A DNA stretch of 64,000 bases, taken from the NCBI GenBank assembly GCA_046483305.1, contig JAWODM010000062.1, positions 23,332-87,331 of the forward strand. Reading direction: 5' to 3'. The first letter of the stretch is position 1, and every line of letters begins with the position of its first letter. Positions 7,700 to 18,369 of the stretch are shown here, piece after piece. The notes beneath the pieces were generated by a model, which saw only the letters and a list, made by a program, of their open reading frames with translations, made no database searches and was not told the origin of the DNA. This DNA is from Candidatus Krumholzibacteriales bacterium (GTDB lineage Bacteria > Krumholzibacteriota > Krumholzibacteriia > Krumholzibacteriales > WJIX01). Both the position numbers and the translations under genes were made by a program.

Positions 7700-9025
7700 C
7701 TAATGCTCCCTTGAATTGAATAACAGTCTAACAGCTGTCCCCTCAAAGGTAAACACTTTTCTTAATTGATTATTAATATAACGCCTATAAGATCTTGGGA
7801 AATAACTGGAATTGTTAACAAAAAGCTTGAAGGTTGGAGGTTCTATGTCTATCTGGGTCCCGTAGTATATCTTTCCGGTTCCCCCCTTGTAGAATGAAGG
7901 GGGGTTCTGTTCCGTTATTCTGCCCAGTTCCCTGTTAAAAACCGGGGTAGGGATACGTTTGGTCCTCTCCTCCTGAATGGTGAAACAGAGAGGAAGTATT
8001 CTGCTGATCCTCTTGCCTGAAAGAGCTGAAACAGTTATCATCGGAGCATACTGTACGAAGGGAAGAGAATCATAGACCATCTTCCTGAAATCCCCGAAAC
8101 TGAACTGATCGGTGTCGACCAGGTCCCATTTGTTGAATACTATTATCAATCCCTTCCTCGATTTATGAGCTAATGATATCACCCGCATATCCTGCCTGGT
8201 TATGCTGTAGCGGGATGCGTCGATGATCGCCAGCACTACATCTGCCTGATCCACGCTCCTGAGTGATTTCATGGTGGTAAGCCCTTCCAGCCCCCTCTCC
8301 TTCTTATATTTCTTTTTTATTCCCGCAGTATCAACAATCACTACATCTTTGCCGTGATACTTCAGGTGAAGGTTTATGCTGTCTCTGGTCGTTCCGGGGG
8401 TTTCTGATACTATGTTTCTCTCATCACCGATGAGGCGGTTGAGGACGGAGCTCTTGCCCACATTCGGTTTCCCTATGATCGCAATATTGAGCGCTTCCTT
8501 TTCTTTTCTCAAAGGAGGCCTGGAAGATGGCAGCCTTTCGACCACTTCATCAAGAAGATCTCCTACCCCCCTGCCCTGTATGGCGCTGACTGGAAACAGC
8601 CTGCTGAAGCCGAGAGAATAAAACTCATTTACAGCGGGAATCATCTGCTCGTTATCGACCTTGTTGACAGCGCAGATGATTTTGTCATACATTCTCCGGA
8701 TGTTATTGAACAGAGACTGGTCTTCGCTGGTTAAACCGGTCAGAGCGTCAACCAGAAATATAATAAGGTCGGCCCTCCGGGAGTATTCCAGCACTCTTCT
8801 GGTAATCTCCTCATTGAGGTAGCTCCCCCTGGTAAAGCAGAATCCCCCGGTATCGATTATCTTGAATCTGCTGCCGTTCCAGGATACTATTTCTTCAATG
8901 GTATCCCTGGTGACACCTGGAGTTGAGTGGGTAATTGCTTCTCTTTTGCCGACTATGCGGTTGAAGAGAGTCGACTTGCCGGAATTCGGCTTCCCCACTA
9001 TTACCACGCTGAATTCTCCGCTCAT
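7700..9025 (-). CDS. der: Ribosome biogenesis GTPase Der (EngA)
   Basis: Two tandem G domains (GKPNSGKS/DTGG/NKVD and GKPNVGKS/DTAG/NKWD). Confidence 0.96.
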   Translation of the reverse strand: MSGEFSVVIVGKPNSGKSTLFNRIVGKREAITHSTPGVTRDTIEEIVSWNGSRFKIIDTGGFCFTRGSYLNEEITRRVLEYSRRADLIIFLVDALTGLTSEDQSLFNNIRRMYDKIICAVNKVDNEQMIPAVNEFYSLGFSRLFPVSAIQGRGVGDLLDEVVERLPSSRPPLRKEKEALNIAIIGKPNVGKSSVLNRLIGDERNIVSETPGTTRDSINLHLKYHGKDVVIVDTAGIKKKYKKERGLEGLTTMKSLRSVDQADVVLAIIDASRYSITRQDMRVISLAHKSRKGLIIVFNKWDLVDTDQFSFGDFRKMVYDSLPFVQYAPMITVSALSGKRISRILPLCFTIQEERTKRIPTPVFNRELGRITEQNPPSFYKGGTGKIYYGTQIDIEPPTFKLFVNNSSYFPRSYRRYINNQLRKVFTFEGTAVRLLFNSREH

Positions 9026-9067
9026 AACTGTTCCCTTTTTTCAATCCGTCGATGAATTTCCGGAATA

Positions 9068-10360
9068 TCAGATGCCGGTGACTGACCGCTCCAGGAAATT
9101 GCTTTCGGGAAGAATAATCTCCCTGTCAAGAGCCACGGCAATATCGTCCACGGAGCTGTCATCAATGAGCATACCTCGATGATTTACCGCATTGGGAGGT
9201 ATCACTACCCTGCCGCTCAGATTATCAATCCCGCGGGCGGCTGATATTATATCAGACCCGCTGAGCAGGCCTGAAACGGTGACCTGTTCACCGAAAAGCC
9301 TGTTTTCGACCTCAACAATCTGAATACTGCATTCCGGCATCTCACTTCTTACCAGCGGCATAATATATCTGTTAATGAGACGGCCGCCAAGCTTTCCGGT
9401 AATTACCGCAAATTCAGAGGTCTTTAATCCCTCTCTCCTTAATCTCTCAATTTCTGTTTTAATATCTTCTATGAACCGTCGGGACAGCCCGACTCCATTA
9501 TCGATCTGGAAATATTCGCTGTAGTAGCCGTCCGGTGGAAGTTCGCGCCCGGCGGCCAGATAGAATTCATCGGACAGGTAGAAGAATCTTTCTTCCATTT
9601 CTCCAGTCCCCTCCAGCCTGCTCTCCATTGAATCCTTCCATCTGAAAATTTCCTCCGCCCTCTCCGGAGTGACCCTTTCTATTAATGGAAGGTTATCCCG
9701 GTGCCTGGTCAGGCCTACCGGCACGATGGAAAGGGAACGGCATCCCGGATATAGACCGGCCAGGGATTGAACTGTTTCAGAAAGGTATCTGCCGTCGTTA
9801 ACCTCTGGAACCAGAACTATCTGGGCGTGAAAGGTTATCCCTTCTCCGGTGAGTCTCCGGAGCACTTCCAGAATATCGCTGCTAATCGGACGTCCGAAGA
9901 TATATTCCCTCAAATCCCTGTCTACCGCGTGAACTGATATATACAGCGGGGACAGGTTATATTCAATTATCCTGCTGATATCGGATTCAGATATATCATT
10001 GAGAGTTATATAATTGCCGTAGAGGAAACTGAGCCTGTAGTCATCATCCCTGCAATACAGGGTATCCCTGAGGCCCGGCGGCATCTGATCCACGAAACAG
10101 AATATGCACTTGCTGCCGCAGGTCCTGAATTCCATTTCCCGGAAGGAGACCCCCTCTCTTTCAAAATAACTGTATTCCAGGTTCATCTCTGTCCGCCCGC
10201 CTTCCTTTTTTCTTATCTTCACCCTGGCGCGCTCTCCCCCCCCCATATTGAAAAGAATATCCAGCTGATCGTGCACTTTCTTTCCGTTGATGGAGATTAT
10301 CTCATCACCGGGAGAGATATGCTCCTGATCTCCGGCGACGGTTTCTATTTTTACACCCAT
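9068..10360 (-). CDS. DUF512 radical-SAM-like protein with N-terminal PDZ-like region
   Basis: CGSKCIFC, DQMPPGLR, DDDYRLSFLYGNYITL; family often found upstream of der. Confidence 0.9.
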   Translation of the reverse strand: MGVKIETVAGDQEHISPGDEIISINGKKVHDQLDILFNMGGGERARVKIRKKEGGRTEMNLEYSYFEREGVSFREMEFRTCGSKCIFCFVDQMPPGLRDTLYCRDDDYRLSFLYGNYITLNDISESDISRIIEYNLSPLYISVHAVDRDLREYIFGRPISSDILEVLRRLTGEGITFHAQIVLVPEVNDGRYLSETVQSLAGLYPGCRSLSIVPVGLTRHRDNLPLIERVTPERAEEIFRWKDSMESRLEGTGEMEERFFYLSDEFYLAAGRELPPDGYYSEYFQIDNGVGLSRRFIEDIKTEIERLRREGLKTSEFAVITGKLGGRLINRYIMPLVRSEMPECSIQIVEVENRLFGEQVTVSGLLSGSDIISAARGIDNLSGRVVIPPNAVNHRGMLIDDSSVDDIAVALDREIILPESNFLERSVTGI

Positions 10361-10399
10361 GAGAAAATTCCCGGATTGTTATTAAGCTTTAAATAAAAA

Positions 10400-10471
10400 A
10401 GCGGGCAACGGGATTCGAACCCGCGACCCTCAGCTTGGGAAGCTGAAACTCTACCACTGAGTTATGCCCGC
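10400..10471 (-). tRNA. tRNA-Gly (anticodon CCC), CCA not encoded
   Basis: GCGGGCATAACTCAGTGGTAGAGTTTCAGC-TTCCCAA-GCTGA...GTTCGAATCCCGTTGCCCGCT. Confidence 0.95.
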
Positions 10472-10486
10472 ACAGAAAACAAATTA

Positions 10487-11407
10487 TCAGTTTGGCCACT
10501 CCTTGTCAAGGATCATGGAGACCTCTTCCAGGGGGTCATCTTCGTTTATATCAAGCCATTTAACGTTATCCTCCTTTCTGAACCAGGTTAGCTGCCGTTT
10601 GGCGTACTGCCTGGTTGCGGCGGATATCTTTTCCACGCAGGATTCAAGGTCTATCTCCCCGCCAAGGTAAGATATGATTTCCTGATAGCCAATGGTCTGC
10701 ATCCCCGGAAGCTCCGGGCCTATCCCTTCATTCAGAAGTCCCCTGACCTCATCTATCCATCCTCTTTCTATCATCTCAGCCGTTCTTCTGTTGATTCTCT
10801 GGTGAATAATCTTTCTGCGGGAATTCAGCCCTATTTTAACGGCCTCCAGGCCGAACTCGTTCTCATCGGTCTGGTTACGGATATGCTCACTCAGGGGGGT
10901 CCCGGACAGGTTGTATACTTCCAGAGCCCTGATAATCCTGTACCGGTCATTTTCATGAATTTTCTCCGAGATTCCCCTGTCAATCTCCGATAATTGTTCA
11001 TAGAGATCCCGGGTAGGGGTATCGCTTACCCGGGAAGCGAACTCCTCTCTCTCATCTTCGTAGAGATCGATATCGAAAAGCCCGTGAAGAACAGCCTTCA
11101 GATAGAAACCGGCCCCCCCGACCAGGACGGGCATCCGGCCTCTGGCGGAAATATCAGCTACCGCTTTTCTGGCCTCTTTCGCGAACCAGACTGCGTCACA
11201 CTTCTGATCGAGGTCCAGAAGATCGAGCATGTGATGGGGTACCGTCTCCCTCTGATCCGGAGTAGGTTTGGCGGTGCCGATATCTATTTTCCTGTAGACT
11301 GTACGGGAGTCTATACAGACGATTTCACCTCTGTATTCCTGAGATATTTCGAGTGCCAGTCCGCTTTTTCCCGCAGCCGTGGGCCCAAGGATAACAAGTC
11401 CCTTCAT
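10487..11407 (-). CDS. miaA: tRNA dimethylallyltransferase
   Basis: GPTAAGKS, DIGTAKP, VPHHMLD, TRQYAKRQLTWFR; follows mutL. Confidence 0.97.
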   Translation of the reverse strand: MKGLVILGPTAAGKSGLALEISQEYRGEIVCIDSRTVYRKIDIGTAKPTPDQRETVPHHMLDLLDLDQKCDAVWFAKEARKAVADISARGRMPVLVGGAGFYLKAVLHGLFDIDLYEDEREEFASRVSDTPTRDLYEQLSEIDRGISEKIHENDRYRIIRALEVYNLSGTPLSEHIRNQTDENEFGLEAVKIGLNSRRKIIHQRINRRTAEMIERGWIDEVRGLLNEGIGPELPGMQTIGYQEIISYLGGEIDLESCVEKISAATRQYAKRQLTWFRKEDNVKWLDINEDDPLEEVSMILDKEWPN

Positions 11408-13155
11408 CTCTCCTCCGTTTTACGGCCGAAACGGCGATCCAGTTCCGGACGGGAGATACGCAGCATGGTGGGGCGTCCGTGAGGGCAGGTAAACGGATAT
11501 TCTGTAGCGAACAGCTGATCGACCAGGCTCTCCATCTCTTCAACCGACAGTTTTTCGCCTGCCCTGATTGCTGAATGACATGCGTAACTTTTCAGCATAG
11601 CGTCGAGGGAGCTTCCTTTTCCTCCCGTTTCGCCGAGGATGTCTCTCAGCAGCGCCCCCTCGCTCCAGTTCTTGACTCCCGCCGGAATCCCCCGTACTAT
11701 AATGGTCCTGATTCCGAAAGGCTCTGCTTCGAATCCCAGCTGGGGGAGGATATCTGAATACTCCTCGAAATTATCATATTCCTCCGGCGAGAGTTCTATG
11801 GTAGCCGGAAAAAGCAGAGACTGAACCCTGGGCTTTTCTCCCGCTATGTTATTTCTGGCCCTGTTGTAAAGAATCCTTTCGTGAGCGGCGTGCTGGTCGA
11901 TAATAACCATTCCGTTCCGGATCTGGATAAATATATAGCTGTCATGAAGCTGCCAGTAAAGCTCCGCCGATTTTGACATCTCAGATTTTTCATTGAGGAG
12001 AGATTGAGGAGATTCCCGGGCCAGCCATTCTGTTTCCCTTATATCAAGCTCGCCCTGCCGCGAGTACTCCGGAGTATCCCGGCCGGCCGCTTCCGGCATC
12101 TCTTCCTTCTGTTTTTCCGGAAAGATACTGCGGTAGACAGATTCAACCTTTTCCTGAAAAGAGACCGTTTTTTCTCCCCTCACAGCATCCCTTACTGACC
12201 GGTGGACAAACCGGTGTACCTCTCTCTCGTTCTGAAATTTGATTCTTGATTTTGAGGGGTGGACATTAATATCCACCAGATTGCGCGGGACCTCCAGAAA
12301 CAGAATCGCCATGGGATGCCTGTCGGCCGGTATCACATTCTCATATGCCCTCCGGAGCGCGTAACCAATAATCTTATCCTTTACGTATCTGTTATTCACA
12401 AAAAAATACTGCATGGAGCGGTTGCCCCTCGATAATTCCGGGCTGGAGACGTAACCGGAGAGCCTGAATTCTCCGCCGGCCCTTTCAACCTTCTTCATCC
12501 GGTTGAAATTTCCAGGACCGGTAACCGCCTCTATCCTCTCTTTCAGTGACGAGGCGCTGTAGGATAGTATCTTCTTCCCGTCGCTTTCCAGAGTGATGGC
12601 AGTAAATGGGAATGATATGCTCATCCTTCTTATCAGAGCTGTTATCCTCCGGGTTTCGGCGGAATCGCTGGAGAGGAACTTCTTTCTGGCGGGGAGGTTG
12701 AAGAAGAGATCCCGGACGGTTACCGTGGTGCCGGTTTTTCGCGCGGCAGGCTTTTCCCCGGTTAGCCTTATGCCCTCCCAGGAAACCTCCCTGGCCGCCT
12801 CGTCATTTTCGGTACCCGATAGAATGCTCAGCCTGCTTACCGCTCTGATACTCGCCAGTGCCTCTCCCCTGAATCCCAGCGTATCTACCGTGCCGATATC
12901 TTCTATGCCGCTGATTTTGCTGGTCGAGAAATTGTCTGCCGCGGCCTCAATCTCCGAAGCGGGAATCCCGGCGCCGTCATCCTTTATTCTGATAAGTTCC
13001 TTCCCTCCCCCCTGGAGTGTGACCGATATTCTGGCCGCACCGGCATCTATGGAATTCTCTATCAATTCCTTGACCACATTAACCGGGCGTTCTATCACCT
13101 CGCCGGCTGCTATCCTGGCGGTGGTCTCTCTGGATAACTTTTTTATAAAAGCCAA
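11404..13155 (-). CDS. mutL: DNA mismatch repair endonuclease MutL
   Basis: IAAGEVIERP, GFRGEALAS, DINVHP, DQHAAHERILY, CPHGRP. Confidence 0.97.
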   Translation of the reverse strand: MAFIKKLSRETTARIAAGEVIERPVNVVKELIENSIDAGAARISVTLQGGGKELIRIKDDGAGIPASEIEAAADNFSTSKISGIEDIGTVDTLGFRGEALASIRAVSRLSILSGTENDEAAREVSWEGIRLTGEKPAARKTGTTVTVRDLFFNLPARKKFLSSDSAETRRITALIRRMSISFPFTAITLESDGKKILSYSASSLKERIEAVTGPGNFNRMKKVERAGGEFRLSGYVSSPELSRGNRSMQYFFVNNRYVKDKIIGYALRRAYENVIPADRHPMAILFLEVPRNLVDINVHPSKSRIKFQNEREVHRFVHRSVRDAVRGEKTVSFQEKVESVYRSIFPEKQKEEMPEAAGRDTPEYSRQGELDIRETEWLARESPQSLLNEKSEMSKSAELYWQLHDSYIFIQIRNGMVIIDQHAAHERILYNRARNNIAGEKPRVQSLLFPATIELSPEEYDNFEEYSDILPQLGFEAEPFGIRTIIVRGIPAGVKNWSEGALLRDILGETGGKGSSLDAMLKSYACHSAIRAGEKLSVEEMESLVDQLFATEYPFTCPHGRPTMLRISRPELDRRFGRKTEER

Positions 13156-13284
13156 CTTTCAGTCCTTCTCAGCTTGAATACCATTACAATATTATCTAGA
13201 ACGAAAATAACACAGCCCGGCGGGAGCGGCAACGAATAATCGATGTAACCTGTGGAAAGGCAGGATTGAAGGCGGCGTGCGATA

Positions 13285-14829
13285 CTATTTTATCCGGCGC
13301 AGATTCATCAGGACGTTTATCTTCCCTTCCATATCCCTGTTCTGAGGATAATACAGAAGCATGTCTGAATATCCGTCCCCGTTAAGGTCCTCTACCTCAA
13401 TTTCGCCGAAGGCCAGGATATCGATTTCAGCAGCCCTGTCGTCTGAGAAGATCTTGTCGTCATTGTTCGTTATTCCCAGGTATATCGATAGTTGGTCATC
13501 GTCGGTGGCGAAGACAAAGTCTTTTCTGAGGTCATTGTTGAAATCACCATGAAGATTGATAGCCTGGGTATCGCTCTCCCCTGAGAAATCGATTTTGAAT
13601 TTAACCTCTTTGGAGAAATCCGGGTTTTCCGAGAAACGGCCGTTTTCATTATAAAGGAAAATATTAAATCTGATGGGGAAAGACCTTGTAATAAGGAATC
13701 TTATCAGCGATGTAACGCTGATCTTCACGGAAGGCAGTATAAGGTCCATCTTCCCGTCGCCGTTCACATCCATTATAGTGGTTCCCGCCGACGCTGTACC
13801 CTCCGATATTATTACCTGGTCGGGAGTCGATTTGTAGCCCTCCTCTCGGCCGTTATAGATACTGAGCACCCCCCTGAGTTCGGTTATCCCCCTGGCGGTC
13901 TGCTTGGTTACGATAACATCCGAGTAGCCGTCAGAATCGAGGTTCTGAATGGTGGTGTATACATTTGCCATCGCCTCGATCTTCTCCTTCCTGGAGCGCA
14001 CATCGAAATTCATGTATACTTCCGGCTGGTCCCTGAACATATTGCTTCTGTCCTTGATGTACACGTACAACCTGTCTTCCCTGGTTATCAGAAGATCGCT
14101 GCGCCCGTCATTGTTATAATCTATCAGGTTCAGGTCGGGAAAATAGAAGTTGGAGGTCAGGCCTTCGGTCCGGAAAGGATAATCACGGCTGATGCGGCCG
14201 GATACGGATGATTCGATTTTAACGGGGATGCTGTTATATTCCCGGTATACGCCCGCGGAATCCGCTGAGTAGAGTGATAACCCTTCAAACCTGAATGCCG
14301 CAATTTCATTCCTGCCGTTTCCGCTCCAGTCTCTGACAAAATCAATTAAGGGAATGTCGTCTTTTTCAGGGAACAGAGTCATGCCTCTGACATTGAGCAG
14401 TACTTCCGGTTCCGTATGAAAATAGAACCCGTCCCGTATCTGATAATACTTGATGCTGCGATCTGTGAAGTATACGATTTCTTCACGGGAGTCGCCGGTA
14501 ATATCCCCTGTATCCATGATTACTGCAGCGCTGTCTATCTCCCAGGACTGATCCGCGGCGCTGAAAAACTTTCCGTTCGAGCTCTGGTGGAAGATCGATA
14601 TCCATCTGGTTTCTTTTGGCGGAAGCCCTTTTATATGCGTTATCATTATATCCTTGAGGCCGTCGCTGTCAAAATCGCTGATATGGATATCCAGCATCTT
14701 GTCCGCGACTCCCAGTTGAGATATTTCGAACGCCGGTTCATCTGCATTAACCGGAGTGGCGGAAAAGGCCAGCGCCAGAAGAATTATTAATATCAAAGGG
14801 TATCCGGTTTTGCGTAATCCCTTGAACAT
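13285..14829 (-). CDS. Secreted FG-GAP/VCBS-repeat protein
   Basis: Signal peptide, then repeated DxDxDGxxD loops (DFDSDGLKD, DYNNDGRSD, DVNGDGKMD, DLNGDGYSD); start reassigned behind GAGGTG. Confidence 0.85.
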   Translation of the reverse strand: MFKGLRKTGYPLILIILLALAFSATPVNADEPAFEISQLGVADKMLDIHISDFDSDGLKDIMITHIKGLPPKETRWISIFHQSSNGKFFSAADQSWEIDSAAVIMDTGDITGDSREEIVYFTDRSIKYYQIRDGFYFHTEPEVLLNVRGMTLFPEKDDIPLIDFVRDWSGNGRNEIAAFRFEGLSLYSADSAGVYREYNSIPVKIESSVSGRISRDYPFRTEGLTSNFYFPDLNLIDYNNDGRSDLLITREDRLYVYIKDRSNMFRDQPEVYMNFDVRSRKEKIEAMANVYTTIQNLDSDGYSDVIVTKQTARGITELRGVLSIYNGREEGYKSTPDQVIISEGTASAGTTIMDVNGDGKMDLILPSVKISVTSLIRFLITRSFPIRFNIFLYNENGRFSENPDFSKEVKFKIDFSGESDTQAINLHGDFNNDLRKDFVFATDDDQLSIYLGITNNDDKIFSDDRAAEIDILAFGEIEVEDLNGDGYSDMLLYYPQNRDMEGKINVLMNLRRIK

Positions 14830-14855
14830 CACAGTTGTCACCTCATTTATGCTTA

Positions 14856-15662
14856 TCATGACTTTATCTCTTTTCTGTTTACCATGGCATATCCCGCAGT
14901 CAGCGACAGGGCCAGATACCCCGCGGGAAATCCCAGGGTATGGTATGTAATTTCCTTCCATGACATCTGAAGAGGGAGCCCCTTGGCCATGAGTACGAAC
15001 TGTTCCACCGGCAATGATATATAACTGGTCAGAAGGAACGGTCTGGCCGCGCCGAATATTTCCAGTATCACCATCAGCAGGGATGCGGCGATGACCACTG
15101 ATATGGAAGAGCCGGCAGCGTTGAAAATCAGGGAGACGGCTGATGTTGCCGCTATAATTACTCCTGTCACCCATAAGCTTAGAAGCAGGATCAGGCCCGA
15201 TTTGAGCCACAGGTCGGATTCCGAGTGGATAAGGTAATTATTTTCGACCAGGGATTCGAAATCATATTTAAGAGAGGCCAGCAGAATTAACAGCGCCGCG
15301 GATATTATAAGTATGCCCCAGGATATTATGCAGCTGTGTAATAACTTTCCGGAATACCACATTCTTCTGGAAAGCGGCTGGACCCACGCCGCCTTCACGG
15401 TCCCCATACTGAATTCATTGGAAATCTGAAAACAGGTTATTATAACCGCCGCAAGGGAAACCCCCTTTACAATCCATCCCAGAGAGGCCGCGGTTATATA
15501 GAATCCACTGGCCGGGCCGAAGGATAGGTTGTCCGAGGCGGCGCTGACTGCCAGGAAAATAAGGACCGTAATCACTATTATCATAACAGGGACGGTGATT
15601 AAGGACCTGGTTTTGCTCTGTTTGTATATTTCCGCTGAGATTATCTTTGCAATATCACCCAT
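14856..15662 (-). CDS. ABC-2 type transporter permease
   Basis: About six hydrophobic segments; ISNEFSMGTVK...PLSR...GK motif; overlaps the ATPase gene. Confidence 0.85.
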   Translation of the reverse strand: MGDIAKIISAEIYKQSKTRSLITVPVMIIVITVLIFLAVSAASDNLSFGPASGFYITAASLGWIVKGVSLAAVIITCFQISNEFSMGTVKAAWVQPLSRRMWYSGKLLHSCIISWGILIISAALLILLASLKYDFESLVENNYLIHSESDLWLKSGLILLLSLWVTGVIIAATSAVSLIFNAAGSSISVVIAASLLMVILEIFGAARPFLLTSYISLPVEQFVLMAKGLPLQMSWKEITYHTLGFPAGYLALSLTAGYAMVNRKEIKS

Positions 15663-16575
15663 GGTTATCCGTTTCTTCACCGGTAAGGCGGAGAAAGATC
15701 TCCTCCAGCCTGTATTCCTTTTCTCTTATGTTCTCTATTCCGGCACCGCTTCCGGAGAGTTTCTCCCCGAGCTGTCCGGTGGTCAGAGAGGGAGCTATAA
15801 CTTCCAGGATTTTCTCCCCGGTTCTCTTGAAATTTACAATCTGGTGAATTTCTCCTATTAATTTCTCGGCTGTTTCAGGATCTTCAGAATGGATTTCGAT
15901 CATCCTCAGCTGTGAATCAGTTCCCGATATTATTATCTCTCCCCGGTGGATTATTATCATACTGTCGCATATCTGCTGTATTTCTTCCATCCGGTGGGAG
16001 GAAAGCAGCACCGCCCTGCCCTCTTCCCGTGCAAGCAGGGGGATCAATTTTCTCATGTACGCAATACCGGCCGGATCGAGTCCGTTGGTAGGTTCGTCAA
16101 GCAGAAGAACCCGGGGATCCGGCAGAAGGGCGGCAGCCAGAGAGAGACGCTGTTTCATTCCCCAGGAGTATTCCTTTACCTTACGGTCCGCTGCGTCCTT
16201 CAGGCCGCTCATTTCAATCATATCCTCCACTTCCAGAGTCTTATGGCCGGCGAGCCACCGCTTTTTAAGGATAAGATTCTCTCTGCCGCTGAGATAGGGG
16301 TAGAAAGCCGGCGAATCGAATTGAACGCCCAGATTGGACATGGCTTCAACCGTATTCCGGAATACATCTATGCCGCAGACCCGTACCGACCCTGAAGTCG
16401 GCCTGAGCAAAGCGCATATTATCTTGAAGGTGGTAGTTTTGCCGGCGCCATTTGGACCCAGAAAGCCGTAAACTCCAGGCCGGGAAATCGATATATCTAT
16501 TCCTTTCAAAGCCTCGGTCTTACCGAAATTCCTGGCGAGCCCTCTTATGTTAATGTATTCAGATTTGATCTCCAT
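15655..16575 (-). CDS. ABC transporter ATP-binding protein
   Basis: GPNGAGKTT, YSWGMKQRL, LLLDEPTNGLDP, SSH. Confidence 0.95.
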   Translation of the reverse strand: MEIKSEYINIRGLARNFGKTEALKGIDISISRPGVYGFLGPNGAGKTTTFKIICALLRPTSGSVRVCGIDVFRNTVEAMSNLGVQFDSPAFYPYLSGRENLILKKRWLAGHKTLEVEDMIEMSGLKDAADRKVKEYSWGMKQRLSLAAALLPDPRVLLLDEPTNGLDPAGIAYMRKLIPLLAREEGRAVLLSSHRMEEIQQICDSMIIIHRGEIIISGTDSQLRMIEIHSEDPETAEKLIGEIHQIVNFKRTGEKILEVIAPSLTTGQLGEKLSGSGAGIENIREKEYRLEEIFLRLTGEETDNHG

Positions 16576-16611
16576 GAATATTTCCCGCCTCCGTAATCGT
16601 CAGCGTACCTT

Positions 16612-18147
16612 TCAGAATGACCTCTCCGCCCGGAGGATGAATCGCGGCGAGAATTCCTCCGCTTCCAGATCCTCCGCGACATAAAAACCTACACACGGCA
16701 GGATGGATCTCGCGGATATACCAAGACCGCCTGTGCTCTTCCACTTATCATCAATAAAATCAAAAGGTATATCCGGATTGCCCGCCCTGGCAAGTATCCC
16801 AGAATCCGAAAATATAAGCAGGTCCATCCGGGAACAGACTCTTTCAAGCAGGGGTAATTCTGGTATCGATTTCCTGATCTCAACCGTAAAAAGCGCCATC
16901 CTGTCACCCCGGTCTGGCGAAAACGGGAAGTCGGATAATCCCCTGATCCCGCCGTAGCCGTTTACCGACATGGTCAGCTGTTCTGGTATCTCTCCGAAAG
17001 AGGTGAACAGTTTTCCTCTTAAATCTATTTTCAGGCCCCTGCTGATTTCGTTAAAGCGGGCGATATCGATATCCATTACCGAATATGAAAAATCGCCGGG
17101 GCCGTCCGCGATCCCCTTCTCGAACATGAGGTTTGCCTGCCAGCCACCATATGTCCATCCTGTCTCATCCCTGGTGTTGAACATGAGCTGGAGCCTCGAG
17201 GATACCCTGTCACCTTCATCAATTGAAGGGTTCTCTCTGAACCGGTCATGGTTGTAGAAAAGAGATGGGATGGGCCTGGCAGAGAGTGAAACATCCCGCT
17301 GATAGGATAGAGATGCTTTTATCCTTAAACCTCCGAAACTGTTAACAGACATTGCAGCCTGTATTCCTCTTGTCTCATAGTAATCCGCGAAATCGTTTCC
17401 TGAGAGGGCTACTATCACTCCGTTCTCCAATCTGGAAAGCTGCCAGTCATCATTTGTTTCTGTTCTCTTGAAACCCCGCATGATAAACTGAGCCTTTTGA
17501 TCAAGCAGCGGAAACCTGATTTCCGCGTCGAACCCGAGGAAACCTCCGTCCTCCTTCCAGATCGGTATATGAAGGTGCGAGTCGAATGAAACATAAGGCC
17601 GTTCATGCCTCGGATTTAATCTCTTAAGGCCTACCTTCAGTATGTTGTAGTCCACCCGCGATGGAGTCCCGGGCTTCAGGGAGGATTCAATATTAAGCGA
17701 TGAAGGATCATCCTTTCTGTTGAACACGATTCTTGATTCTTCCCTGTAGATTTCGTAGTCAAGTTCACATCCGCCCCGGTATGTCCTGGCAGTCCCTTCG
17801 ATTATGGAAAGCCTGGATATATACTTATCGCTGTTGACCAGGTTCAGAGAGCCGCCGATATAAGCTTCGCCTGTAAGAACCGCCCTGCCGTTTACTATCC
17901 AGGCGTTTCCCAGGAGCGCCCCTCCGGACTGTATATCCAGCGACCCCTCGATTACGGCGGCGTCGTTTGAAATGGTATCTCCGGGATTTATTCGCAACCC
18001 TCCGTAATGAATTCTTATTTCTTTTGAGGAGAGTATTTCCGAAAGCTCGCCGCAGTTAATTTCCTTTTCCGGTGATTCCCCGGCCGCGGGGATGGCAGGC
18101 GAAATTGCAATTAATGCAAGCAATATTATAAAAGGCGTCTTGCTCAT
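16612..18147 (-). CDS. Putative outer-membrane beta-barrel protein (Omp85-like C-terminus) with N-terminal bactofilin-like beta-helical repeats
   Basis: Signal peptide; GDTISNDAAVIEGSLDI...GNAWIVNG repeats; GYGGIRGL...GDRM; terminal Phe. Confidence 0.55.
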   Translation of the reverse strand: MSKTPFIILLALIAISPAIPAAGESPEKEINCGELSEILSSKEIRIHYGGLRINPGDTISNDAAVIEGSLDIQSGGALLGNAWIVNGRAVLTGEAYIGGSLNLVNSDKYISRLSIIEGTARTYRGGCELDYEIYREESRIVFNRKDDPSSLNIESSLKPGTPSRVDYNILKVGLKRLNPRHERPYVSFDSHLHIPIWKEDGGFLGFDAEIRFPLLDQKAQFIMRGFKRTETNDDWQLSRLENGVIVALSGNDFADYYETRGIQAAMSVNSFGGLRIKASLSYQRDVSLSARPIPSLFYNHDRFRENPSIDEGDRVSSRLQLMFNTRDETGWTYGGWQANLMFEKGIADGPGDFSYSVMDIDIARFNEISRGLKIDLRGKLFTSFGEIPEQLTMSVNGYGGIRGLSDFPFSPDRGDRMALFTVEIRKSIPELPLLERVCSRMDLLIFSDSGILARAGNPDIPFDFIDDKWKSTGGLGISARSILPCVGFYVAEDLEAEEFSPRFILRAERSF

Positions 18148-18369
18148 ACAAATATCTCTGATACAGAAAATTCAATATTCTGATTCTCCGGTCTGCTTCT
18201 GATACGAAAATCATTATATCATGTTTCACACCTCAGTTAAGTTTAATATTTTATTGGTAACGGTTTTGATTGATTGTAGCTCCGTAATTCTATATAAATG
18301 AGTTTTGTCCGGTTTTGTCAAATATCGCCCTGGAACATCTGTACAGGATTAAGAGGTTATTATCCGGCC

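Noticed and set aside
14830..15210. Long N-terminal extensions in the ORF track (VCBS protein; likewise gpsA, GT2, xerC, COG2426)
   Set aside because: They overlap neighbouring genes, tRNAs or promoter regions; downstream starts fit the SD sites and family lengths better
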